From the IMG/VR virus record IMGVR_UViG_3300014205_000183: DNA of 64,000 bases. One strand, given 5' to 3'. Positions 1 to 8,839 of the stretch are shown piece after piece. The stretch comes from a virus. Taxonomy: Duplodnaviria; Caudoviricetes. A model generated the notes under the pieces. It did not search any database and was not told where the DNA came from. It was given only the letters and a program-made list of their open reading frames with translations. Both the position numbers and the translations under genes were made by a program. Numbering within the stretch: position 1 is the stretch's first letter; the number at the start of each line of letters is the position of its first letter.

Positions 1-72
1 ATCTCGCACAATAGCGGCGGTCAAATAGGCTACATCAGCATCTGGTTTAACATCTGCGAATATTCTGATCAT
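1..72 (-). CDS. 5' part of a hypothetical protein running off the window edge (MIRIFADVKP...)
   Basis: ATG at 72 preceded by AAGGA; frame open to position 1. Confidence 0.5.
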   Translation of the reverse strand, partial: MIRIFADVKPDADVAYLTAAIVRD

Positions 73-148
73 GTTTCATCCTTATATTAAAAGTGGCAGT
101 GAAGATGAATACCTGCACTGCCACACAAATTACAAAACGATAACCGGA

Positions 149-817
149 TTATACGTTAGCTGGCGCTGCGCCATGCATGCGTGTTACTCGGCCTGCTAAA
201 GTTTTCTTTAGCAGTTTTTCTTCCCGCTTGGCATCCCGCATTTCCAATTCATCAAACCGGCGGTCAAAATCATTAACCTGCTGGTCCTCAATGATGGTGC
301 CTTTCGGATACTTCTGTTTCTCGGGTAATTTGAACGCATCAGCCTGCTCTTCATTAGCAAGCGGAATCAGAGCAAAATTACCATTCAAACCAGTCAGCTT
401 AGAAGCTGCATAACGCAGGCCTTTAGAGCGATTGATTTCCATTGGAGAGTAGAAGTCTGTGAGCCTGATAACTTCACCCGGGTACAGCATAAGTCCTGTA
501 TCTTCTGAGTTAGTTTTCAAGTCAGGGACGATGAGGGCCATCAAGGATTGATTCTGCACCAGGTTGTAACGAGGTTCAACTCGCTGCATCATGGGGTCTG
601 CAATAGTGGCGTTTGGATTACCAGTAGCGGGAACTGCTCGTTCTTCGAGCGATTCTTTGTGTGCTTTTTCTTCTTCTTTTCGAGCCGCAACCTCTGCGGG
701 ACTCAGTATCTTTGTCTTAACTGTGGTCAAATCTTTGTCGGCGGCAGTTATGCCAGCCTTTGTGTCAACATCACCGGCATTTGTGCCAGCGTTTAATTCG
801 GACGACGTACCCTGCAT
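149..817 (-). CDS. hypothetical virion-associated protein downstream of the capsid gene
   Basis: ORF 149..1009; AGGAGG precedes ATG at 817 (MQGTSSE), so the start is revised. Confidence 0.7.
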   Translation of the reverse strand: MQGTSSELNAGTNAGDVDTKAGITAADKDLTTVKTKILSPAEVAARKEEEKAHKESLEERAVPATGNPNATIADPMMQRVEPRYNLVQNQSLMALIVPDLKTNSEDTGLMLYPGEVIRLTDFYSPMEINRSKGLRYAASKLTGLNGNFALIPLANEEQADAFKLPEKQKYPKGTIIEDQQVNDFDRRFDELEMRDAKREEKLLKKTLAGRVTRMHGAAPANV

Positions 818-980
818 TAGAAACCTCCTAAAGTTAAGAAACCCCGTTATTGGGATCTCTCGTGTGAAAAATTCAACACATCCATACAAGATGTGTTTAC
901 TATAAAAAGGGAATCCGAGGAGCCGACAAGCAACCCCTCGAATTGGGGATGTCAATGAACAACTTAATAAAACACGAGAC

Positions 981-1018
981 AAAATAAAGGTGGAGGGGTG
1001 GTTTGCCACCCCTCACCC
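981..1018 (-). terminator. intrinsic terminator after the major capsid gene
   Basis: GGTG-GAGGGGTGG/CCACCCCTC-ACC hairpin followed by TTTATTTT on the minus strand. Confidence 0.6.
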
Positions 1019-1023
1019 CTAAA

Positions 1024-1926
1024 TTAACCTGCTGTGTTAAATGTGCCCTTAGAAACAGCTTTTGCGTTGTGTACGGTCATGCCGAGCAACTCATAGCCTA
1101 CGAATCCAAGAAGCAGATTGTCTGGGTCATCTGCTGGGATAACATCAACATCACGACGGATAGGCATCCAAGCTGTGAACTCAGGTTCCGCAATAATGTA
1201 GAAAGTACCAGAAGTAACCTGATCGTTGATATAAATATCAGCGTCCCAAATTGATCCCAGGTAGCCGCTCTTACGAATTTCTTCACGGGCGACATTGTCA
1301 ACCATGAGATAATCCCAACGACGTACACCCTGGATACCAAACGGTGACATCAGAACAGATTTAACGCGAAGACGATGCTTCTCAACCTCAGTGAAGGCTT
1401 TGGCAAGAGCGTCTTTTGTTAAGTATGTTGTGACAGCGGTTGTTACGTTCAGCTGCTGAGACACTGTCTCAAGAAGACTGAATCCGTAAAGGTCTTCACG
1501 CAGAGCCATGCCCTGTTCAAGACGTTCTTTAACACGCTTCATCACCTGGTAGAGGCGCTTGTAAAGTTCTGCGTATGGAACTTTTGGCTTTACCACGATT
1601 TCGAACTCATCGAGTGTGGTTCTTTCAACCTGTACTTCGATGATACGAGTTGTACCGTTTGCGCCAATCTTGGCGGCGGTAAACTCTTCGATATCGTTGT
1701 CGTAAATCATAGGCATACCATCAGGCCAACCTTCTGTTACGGCAAATTTACGAAAAATCCCGATATAATCGAGATACTTGCGTACTGGGGACGCAAGGTT
1801 AGCAGCAATTTTGGAAAGCCCTGTAGGACTTTTCATCGCAGCCTGGAGATCCGCTTCACGGCGAATCAGTGCGGCTTTGGTAGCTTCCCGCTGCAAGGAA
1901 GAATTTTTCATCGTTCCTGTGGTCAT
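1024..1926 (-). CDS. major capsid protein (HK97 fold)
   Basis: ~300 aa; last gene of a protease-scaffold-decoration-capsid series; LASPVRKYLDY...G.IW.ADI pattern and C-terminal GFVGYELLGMTVHN; GGAG before ATG 1926. Confidence 0.8.
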   Translation of the reverse strand: MTTGTMKNSSLQREATKAALIRREADLQAAMKSPTGLSKIAANLASPVRKYLDYIGIFRKFAVTEGWPDGMPMIYDNDIEEFTAAKIGANGTTRIIEVQVERTTLDEFEIVVKPKVPYAELYKRLYQVMKRVKERLEQGMALREDLYGFSLLETVSQQLNVTTAVTTYLTKDALAKAFTEVEKHRLRVKSVLMSPFGIQGVRRWDYLMVDNVAREEIRKSGYLGSIWDADIYINDQVTSGTFYIIAEPEFTAWMPIRRDVDVIPADDPDNLLLGFVGYELLGMTVHNAKAVSKGTFNTAG

Positions 1927-2084
1927 TTGAGACTCCTTGTTATGTTGTTTGTACAACCTATATTTATGTCCTGCTGTTTTTCAGCTAATGGACTATTAGG
2001 TTCTGATTAATATTTCTGTCCAACCATTTCAAAATTTAACGTGCAGGCAAGCGGCGGGTTAGACCGCTCGCCCACACGGAATTG

Positions 2085-2507
2085 TTAGTTCAAGAACAAG
2101 AGTGTGAGGCTGCTGGTGATGCCACCTGCAACTGCTCCAACTGCAAGAACTCGAGCCTTATCAGTTGCCTGACCAGAGTTAACCCACTCACCTGCAAGGA
2201 TACCAGCGCCTTCGCCAGGTACGAATGTAAGTGCTTCATTGTATGGGTAAGCAGCTTCATTCTTTCCTTTTTCAAGGGTGAAGATACCATTACCGGCATA
2301 GAATGTGACTGGGTCACCACTTGGATCAACATCTGATCCATTGGCATAGATACCTACATAACCGGTATCACTGTAAGCGCGTGCGATTTCGCCTGCGCTG
2401 TTCATTGCACAAGGCATACCACCGGAGTAACCGGACTGGTGTGCAACGATTGATCCAAGAAACTCGCCGTTCTTTACTGTGAACTGTTTGACGCGATTGA
2501 GAGCCAT
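2085..2507 (-). CDS. capsid decoration/cement protein
   Basis: 140 aa, Gly/Ala-rich and beta-rich, immediately upstream of the capsid gene. Confidence 0.6.
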   Translation of the reverse strand: MALNRVKQFTVKNGEFLGSIVAHQSGYSGGMPCAMNSAGEIARAYSDTGYVGIYANGSDVDPSGDPVTFYAGNGIFTLEKGKNEAAYPYNEALTFVPGEGAGILAGEWVNSGQATDKARVLAVGAVAGGITSSLTLLFLN

Positions 2508-2538
2508 GAGAAACCTCCGTTAAATAAATGTTTGTTTG

Positions 2539-4803
2539 TTAATTACAATCTTCAAAAAATGTTCCGTTTTCCAGAGACGCTGAGACAACACCTGGAGTGC
2601 CACCATCAATAATCTCAGACTGCCTTCTTGAAAGTGAAGCCTGGACCTTATTAGCAGTTCTGTTTGCCAGAGTAGGCGTCTGCGCCTTATTAGCTTCCAG
2701 ATTAGCGATCAGTCTTCCAAAGGCTTTAAATTCAGCTTGGGCGTTCCTGTACAGTTCAGCCAATACCGTCTGTTGTTCACCACGCTGTTCTTCGGTTATT
2801 GCACCTACTTTAACGGCACGGTCTGTTAATAATGTGGCCTCAGTAACCGACAGGCGCTCAGCCATTTTACGATTACTTTCAACCAATATAGTTGCTTTTA
2901 ATTCTGCTTTTTTTACCATTGAGAACTGTGGGTCAACCTTCTCCTCTTTAGAAGTAGTGCTGTACCCTTTACCGTTCTGGTCAAGACCTCTGAGTGTTTT
3001 TGACACGTCAGCACTTGCGTCAGGGCGTTTAGTTGTTGCACTGTCTGTTGGACTGTCCGGTGTTTTAGCTGTGGACTTCTTCACCATACTGAACTGAGGA
3101 TCAACCTTTTCATCCTTAGAAGTGGAACCGTATCCCTTACCGTTCTGGTCAAGACCTCTGAGTGTTTTTGACACATCAACGCTTGCATCAGGACGTTTAG
3201 TTGTCGCACTGTCTGTTGGACTGTCTGGAGTCTTGGCAGTAGCTTTCACTTGCTTATTACTACGAGCAACCAATGCCTGGGCTTCAGGTTCTGTCGCACA
3301 TTCAACAATTTCAGTTTCTGAAATTTGAACATTAAACTTACCATTAGGAGCAGGTGCGTAAGTGGTTGTGAAGCTCTTACCAACTGTACCATTATCAGAA
3401 GCAGGTGCTTCTGGAGCTGGTATAGCATCGGGAGCTTTATCTGCTTTAGCATCGGGACCAGGAGCATCACCTTCAGCAGCAGTCTTTTTCTTACCGCTAC
3501 GAACCATCTTTATAGCTGCGCGAACGCGGTCTTCAATAGAAGCACCCTTAAGGTCAGGCATTTCACCTGCTTCAGGTTTTTCAACCTTTTCAGCTTTGTC
3601 ACCTTCAGGTTTTTCAGTTTTCTCTTCTTTGGCTTCGATCTTCTCGACAGCTTCCTCAACTTTTTCAGTTGGGATTTTGATAGTGACATTCTTCTCATCA
3701 GCCTTAACTGTAACGTCTTTTTCAGCAGACTTTTTAACGGATATGATCCTTTTTACAGAATTAGCCATTACAGTCTTTTCGATTCCGGCGACAGATACTT
3801 TAAGACGGGCACCATCAACAGAACTGATGACCCCAATAGAACCGTCAGCAAGCAGTACGCGCTCAGCAGCAGCATATACTGTAGTAGATGCAATTGTGGC
3901 TGTACGATAATTTTTACCTATTGGCTTACGCATAGCTGAAACAGTTTTAACTGGTGTGCTTGCTGCGGCAACCGATTTTGTAGGCATGAGCTTATCAGCC
4001 ATACGCTCTAGGATAGTGGCCTGACGCACATTTGCTGCTTTTTTAGTTGCATCTTTTTCAAGCGCAGCTTTCTTTGTGAGACTCATGGCAGCAGTATATA
4101 ATTTCTTAGCACGAGCACGACGATTGGCGGAAACATCAGGCCCACCTTCATTCATGCCTGGGGCATGACTGTTGATTGGCGCACCTTTTTCTTTTTCTTC
4201 GGTGTTACCAGCCTGTGGAAACTGCGGAGGCATTCCTGGAGCCATACCTTTCTGAGGTGGGCGATTACCAGGCACTGTACCGGAATCCATCACTGGGGCT
4301 TCACCCTCAGCAGCACGTCTGCGGAGAGCAAAACTACGACGAGCAGCTTCACGAGCACGAAGACTTGCAGCCTTCTCAGGTGCTTTGATAGCATCGGTTG
4401 ATGGATAACCTTTTTCAAGTTTTTCAAGTTCAGGAGAAGAAGCAAGTCTACTTACTTCTGTAGCCAGCTTTTTGACATGGTCAATTGCAGCTTGGATCTT
4501 CGTGGCATCTCTACGGATGCTAAATCCTCTGATTGCAGCCTGACGAACACCCTTGTCCGCATCTGCACGAGTAATGAGGTTTTCACTTGCACTTTTGTTT
4601 AAAGCAGCGCGTTTAGCAGTCACCTGCTGACCAGCTTTAACATTTGCGGCTTTGAGTTGAAACAACTCAGCAGCGGCTGAACCAAGTGTGCTTTTAATTT
4701 CACGAACCTGCATAGATGACAACCGGGTTTTGCGCGTCCGGGCGGCATCAATAAGGCGTCCGACCTTGTCTAGGCCTGACATAAGTAATTTCTTATCAAC
4801 CAT
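2539..4803 (-). CDS. head scaffolding/core protein
   Basis: Lies between protease and decoration/capsid genes; low-complexity and coiled-coil; many K/R-x-A motifs. Confidence 0.6.
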   Translation of the reverse strand: MVDKKLLMSGLDKVGRLIDAARTRKTRLSSMQVREIKSTLGSAAAELFQLKAANVKAGQQVTAKRAALNKSASENLITRADADKGVRQAAIRGFSIRRDATKIQAAIDHVKKLATEVSRLASSPELEKLEKGYPSTDAIKAPEKAASLRAREAARRSFALRRRAAEGEAPVMDSGTVPGNRPPQKGMAPGMPPQFPQAGNTEEKEKGAPINSHAPGMNEGGPDVSANRRARAKKLYTAAMSLTKKAALEKDATKKAANVRQATILERMADKLMPTKSVAAASTPVKTVSAMRKPIGKNYRTATIASTTVYAAAERVLLADGSIGVISSVDGARLKVSVAGIEKTVMANSVKRIISVKKSAEKDVTVKADEKNVTIKIPTEKVEEAVEKIEAKEEKTEKPEGDKAEKVEKPEAGEMPDLKGASIEDRVRAAIKMVRSGKKKTAAEGDAPGPDAKADKAPDAIPAPEAPASDNGTVGKSFTTTYAPAPNGKFNVQISETEIVECATEPEAQALVARSNKQVKATAKTPDSPTDSATTKRPDASVDVSKTLRGLDQNGKGYGSTSKDEKVDPQFSMVKKSTAKTPDSPTDSATTKRPDASADVSKTLRGLDQNGKGYSTTSKEEKVDPQFSMVKKAELKATILVESNRKMAERLSVTEATLLTDRAVKVGAITEEQRGEQQTVLAELYRNAQAEFKAFGRLIANLEANKAQTPTLANRTANKVQASLSRRQSEIIDGGTPGVVSASLENGTFFEDCN
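2911..3238 (-). repeat. two-copy 56-aa (168-bp period) tandem repeat in the scaffold
   Basis: AKTPDSPTDSATTKRPDAS.DVSKTLRGLDQNGKGY..TSK.EKVDPQFSMVKK occurs twice with synonymous DNA differences. Confidence 0.95.
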
Positions 4804-4842
4804 GTTGACTCCTTAAGATTTGGTTTTTTGTATACATATATA

Positions 4843-6168
4843 TTAGCGAGCCACACTGGCCGCCCGTTCTTCCGTTTTAGCGCCTTCAAATTGGTTGCTG
4901 TCTGCCCGATTCTCATAATCCATATCTTCAGCAAATTCCTTAACTTCAATAATATCCTGCCGCATAATATCGACAGGTTCATCTAGCCCATCAATGGCAA
5001 CCACTAAGCTCCCATCCTCATGCTCTTCAACAACCACAGCATCAACTTCATCCTCTTCATATTTGATAAGGATGATGGTGCCTTCGGGAGTATCTCCAGG
5101 GGCATTCTGCTCAGCAATGTGCTCTTGGATAGCCTCTTTTTTCTCGTTAATAAACTCATCTCGATTCTGCTCTACATTACCAGGCATTTCACCAATCATG
5201 ACGTACATATCTGGGGTTTTACGAATAGATTGGGAAGGGTTTGGATTTGTCTCAATGTATGCTACTTTGGCAGCTGTTTTCTTCTTACTGGAAAAAACCT
5301 CCAACAACTTAGCATCTTTATCAGCACCCTCGCCACCAGCCTTACCACCAAAACGGAAAGGTAATATGAGACTATCTTCAAAGAAACCACAACCACGGTT
5401 AATTTCAAATGGAATGACGAACATGCCACCGATCTGCATTTGGCGACCTTTGTGAAGTCTAATGCAATCACAAAAATCTTCATGCTCTGGTAACTCACCA
5501 TTGGCAGCGTTACCACAAACAGAACAAACCGCAGATTCCACCATAGTACCCATGCTGGAGTCAGTCACTTCACCAGCTAGAATAGCCCGACATAAACCTC
5601 GAGTATGATCTTCCGCCTGTTCTTTGTTAATAGCCCAGACATTCTCAACCCAACCAGAATTCGCCATATGCTTAGCAACCGCCTCAACTATCTGCCTCTG
5701 ATCGCTGCCTCTTACGAGTTTGCGGTCATTTGCGTAAGAGAGCACTTTGCCAAAGGCTTCTTTATTAGAGGCACAAGTAGCAGTTAAATTATCCAGGAGC
5801 TGATTAAATGGCATTATGGGCAGCCCCAAATCATCCCGAATACCTGGGATGGGGATAAACTCACTGTCCAACACAATACCGATTTGAGTCGTTCCTATAT
5901 GATCAACACTAATAGGCCTACCAATAAAAGAAGGATACGATTTTGCAAGTTCATCGTATTCAAAGGCGTCCCAGTTCTGGTTTGGCCCGTGAATCTCTAA
6001 GGCACTGATAGCTCTGTTTCGTAAATAAATATGGTTTTCAGGGTCCAAGTCAAAGGACTCCATACGATTAGCGGCCTGCTTAACTAAACCACCTTGCCAC
6101 GGACGGACTAAGCCTGCTAGCGTAGAGGAGGTCTTAATAATTTTTGCTGAACCGTAAGCTATTAGCAT
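4843..6168 (-). CDS. prohead (maturation) protease with Zn-ribbon insertion
   Basis: PNQNWDAF...F.GRP..VDH...G...D and DSSMG followed by CSVCG..C.C; position upstream of scaffold and capsid. Confidence 0.7.
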   Translation of the reverse strand: MLIAYGSAKIIKTSSTLAGLVRPWQGGLVKQAANRMESFDLDPENHIYLRNRAISALEIHGPNQNWDAFEYDELAKSYPSFIGRPISVDHIGTTQIGIVLDSEFIPIPGIRDDLGLPIMPFNQLLDNLTATCASNKEAFGKVLSYANDRKLVRGSDQRQIVEAVAKHMANSGWVENVWAINKEQAEDHTRGLCRAILAGEVTDSSMGTMVESAVCSVCGNAANGELPEHEDFCDCIRLHKGRQMQIGGMFVIPFEINRGCGFFEDSLILPFRFGGKAGGEGADKDAKLLEVFSSKKKTAAKVAYIETNPNPSQSIRKTPDMYVMIGEMPGNVEQNRDEFINEKKEAIQEHIAEQNAPGDTPEGTIILIKYEEDEVDAVVVEEHEDGSLVVAIDGLDEPVDIMRQDIIEVKEFAEDMDYENRADSNQFEGAKTEERAASVAR

Positions 6169-6217
6169 AAACTCACTTATTTTTTAAAAAATAACCCAAT
6201 ACCTTAAATTAGGTATA

Positions 6218-6260
6218 TATTCATTAAATGCATTAGATGTTGAACTGGGTTATGGAGTTT
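6218..6260 (-). promoter_or_regulatory. 43-bp exact repeat, copy 1 (candidate late promoter/operator)
   Basis: tattcattaaatgcattagatgttgaactgggttatggagttt is identical at 32485-32527; both copies are intergenic, upstream of head operons. Confidence 0.65.
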
Positions 6261-6286
6261 TTGACTACTGACTCACTTAAAACCGG

Positions 6287-6646
6287 TTAAAACTGGTATG
6301 TATAGCTCAAATTATTCCAAGTTTGGTCATTTGAACGATAGATATTGGCTTGTTCGGCCGCTTCTTCTGCTCTTTTTTTAGCCAACCAGACTTTCAAGGA
6401 ACCTAAAAGGTTGGATAGCTCAAAGTCTCCGAATATAGATGCCAGAGGTGTGGCCACAGTTAAGATGCTTTCTATGGTATCAAATATACCGCTACCAAAG
6501 CCACCAGTAACTGCACGACCAGCCTCTGCGCGTCTAGCCAGTGCTACCCCTAGCTCAAGATGAGCTTTAACCTCTTCACGGGTAGGATTGGCGGTTGCTG
6601 CCAGTGCCTTAGTGCGTAAAGCTGCGGTTTTGAGTAACTGGCGCAT
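6287..6646 (-). CDS. hypothetical protein
   Basis: 119-aa ORF with AAAGGA RBS; KTAA and KKRA motifs. Confidence 0.65.
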   Translation of the reverse strand: MRQLLKTAALRTKALAATANPTREEVKAHLELGVALARRAEAGRAVTGGFGSGIFDTIESILTVATPLASIFGDFELSNLLGSLKVWLAKKRAEEAAEQANIYRSNDQTWNNLSYTYQF

Positions 6647-6648
6647 AC

Positions 6649-6768
6649 TTATTTTCCTTTTTTATCGGTTTTGGTGATAGTCCGACTGGACGTAACCTTT
6701 TTGCCATCTTTGGTCGTCTGCTTGATTTCCGCTGTGATTTTTCCACAACCTGTTTTCACAAAGCTCAT
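6649..6768 (-). CDS. small basic protein (39 aa, MSFVKTGCGK...)
   Basis: GGAGGA RBS; fills the intergenic gap exactly. Confidence 0.5.
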   Translation of the reverse strand: MSFVKTGCGKITAEIKQTTKDGKKVTSSRTITKTDKKGK

Positions 6769-6781
6769 AACATCCTCCTGA

Positions 6782-7045
6782 TTAAGTGAGACTTAAAGAT
6801 TCTTTATCTATATGTTCATCTAGCACTTGATAACCATCTATCTGAGCCAGAATGAACACGCGCAATGCCATTTTATTCAAGTCTGCCATATAAACCCGAT
6901 CGCCGCGGACCTCCAACGGTAACGCCTTACGATCTGAGGCATCTCCCTTCTTATCGATATATCTCAATTCAATAGGGTTGCCGTTTATAATGCACTGATT
7001 CAAGTCAGACAGCAGGTCTCCGGTAGGTTCCCAATCCATAATCAC
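6782..7045 (-). CDS. stand-alone WYL-domain protein
   Basis: I.LRY.DKKG..SDR...P..........D.....LRVF....I WYL pattern. Confidence 0.7.
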   Translation of the reverse strand: MIMDWEPTGDLLSDLNQCIINGNPIELRYIDKKGDASDRKALPLEVRGDRVYMADLNKMALRVFILAQIDGYQVLDEHIDKESLSLT

Positions 7046-7347
7046 CAGTCCTTTTTAGGTTTATAGTTTATGGCTTCCAGAAGTTCACATCGCTTCACCA
7101 GCTTACCGTCTTGTTGAATACGGCCGCGTGGGTGCGCCATGGCCTGCTGAAGTGCCTCTTGTATCTTAAGCTCATCCTCTATCGACAACACTACATGGTC
7201 AGTACATACCTTAACATCGCTATCTAACAAGGTAGAATGCAAGTACGGGCCATCGGTAACTTCAAATGGTTTACCACAGACCGGGCACTCAATCAAATCA
7301 ATTTGGCGACACTTCACAGGATCGCCTGTATAGATTATGGTTGGCAT
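7042..7347 (-). CDS. hypothetical Zn-finger protein
   Basis: CPVCG...C..H; start revised to MPTII at 7347 to remove overlap with the upstream gene. Confidence 0.55.
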   Translation of the reverse strand: MPTIIYTGDPVKCRQIDLIECPVCGKPFEVTDGPYLHSTLLDSDVKVCTDHVVLSIEDELKIQEALQQAMAHPRGRIQQDGKLVKRCELLEAINYKPKKDW

Positions 7348-7348
7348 T

Positions 7349-8824
7349 TTATGAATTAATATTTTTAAATTCATCCACCAATTCATCACGCAAGGCATTG
7401 ATTGAACCGATGAATGTGTAAACCAAAAGCCCTTTTTCTTTTGGAAGTAAAGAGACAAGTTCCCTGATATTGCTTTCAAGTTGATTTACATTTGCTAAAA
7501 TTTCATCCGCCTTTTCACGTGCAGTATTTGCGGTAATTTTCTTTGTAGCCATGGTGCCATCCATAAAACTTGTTATCGGTTTATCACTTATTTCGTATGC
7601 TAATATATTATCACTTTTTAACTTAGCAGCTGCATAAGATATTTTGCCTTTTGTTTTTTGAAAGCTCTTAAAAAAGTCTGTCACAAATGCAGTTGAATTA
7701 GCTATTGTAAAATCCGCAATTTTCTTCGCAGACATGGTGCTACCCATAGAACTTGTTATTTGTTTTTTAATAATCTTCATAATCTCCGGCAAGGCAGCAT
7801 CAAAACCGCCAATTGCATTCTCACTGGAAGTTTGTAATAACTCTTTGAAAACCTTCTTAACCGCAGCCTCATCTCTGACTGGCTCATTATGAATCACAGT
7901 ATCAATAAGCTCTTGGTAAGAAACACCATCTATTAGATAGTCGTCTGCATTCCAAGGCATGATGGCTGCTTTTTTAGTTGCACCGGGATCAGCCAACAAA
8001 GGCATTACCGATACTTCAAGAAGAGACTGAAGCTCTGCTGCGGTATCTTTAAGAGGACTGAACAGCCCTTTAATTGTCTTCCACAAATCAGACAACCAAC
8101 TACCAATATCAGCTTGAATCTTTTTAGACTCTACTTTCTTCGGTAACTCTTCCTTAACCTGCTTACGTATAGTTTTAGCAGGTTCCCAACTTACGAGCTT
8201 ACGTTTAATTTCTTTCTTGGCAGTCTCAGTTTGTTTTACAGCCTGGTCAACTAAATCGGTAACACTCTTCACCAGCTCAGGTGCCAGCAGCTTATTCATT
8301 GCCTGGGTAAGTATTTCCAATCGTTCCTTATCGGAAACGGTGGTTGCTTTCACTTCATCGTAGATGGCATATACCCTCTGCTCATACTCCAACAGTATCT
8401 TCTTACTCTCCCCATAAGACTCAGAAACCTCCAGCAGCTCTCGCTGGATCTCGGCAGCAGCTCGCTCGCTCAAACCCTTTAGCTGTGTCTTGGATTCTTC
8501 GTACCCTTTTTCCGCTTTAAGAGCATTTATCTTTGCATCAGTTTCAGTGCGTAAATGGGTGAAGTCTTCATCCAATTTTTTAATCTTGTCTGTGGTTGTA
8601 GCTAATTGCTCCGCAATAGGCTTCATTCTGCGTAGGTCTCCCGCAGGCTTTAACGAGTACTGCTCAAGAGGTAAATCCTTTGGTTTGGTCTTATACTCTT
8701 GATAAGGAAGTAAAGGAGCGTCTTCCGTTACAGTAGTTTTAGGCGTGTTAGATATGGATTCTCCACTGTCAACAGCAATCGTGGTAAGCAGTGCTTTTTT
8801 AATTATTTGAATATCAGTGAGCAT
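7349..8824 (-). CDS. coiled-coil putative internal head protein
   Basis: 491 aa; KKIQA, KKAA, KKIA and KKITA linkers. Confidence 0.65.
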   Translation of the reverse strand: MLTDIQIIKKALLTTIAVDSGESISNTPKTTVTEDAPLLPYQEYKTKPKDLPLEQYSLKPAGDLRRMKPIAEQLATTTDKIKKLDEDFTHLRTETDAKINALKAEKGYEESKTQLKGLSERAAAEIQRELLEVSESYGESKKILLEYEQRVYAIYDEVKATTVSDKERLEILTQAMNKLLAPELVKSVTDLVDQAVKQTETAKKEIKRKLVSWEPAKTIRKQVKEELPKKVESKKIQADIGSWLSDLWKTIKGLFSPLKDTAAELQSLLEVSVMPLLADPGATKKAAIMPWNADDYLIDGVSYQELIDTVIHNEPVRDEAAVKKVFKELLQTSSENAIGGFDAALPEIMKIIKKQITSSMGSTMSAKKIADFTIANSTAFVTDFFKSFQKTKGKISYAAAKLKSDNILAYEISDKPITSFMDGTMATKKITANTAREKADEILANVNQLESNIRELVSLLPKEKGLLVYTFIGSINALRDELVDEFKNINS

Positions 8825-8839
8825 ACATTATATCCTTTC

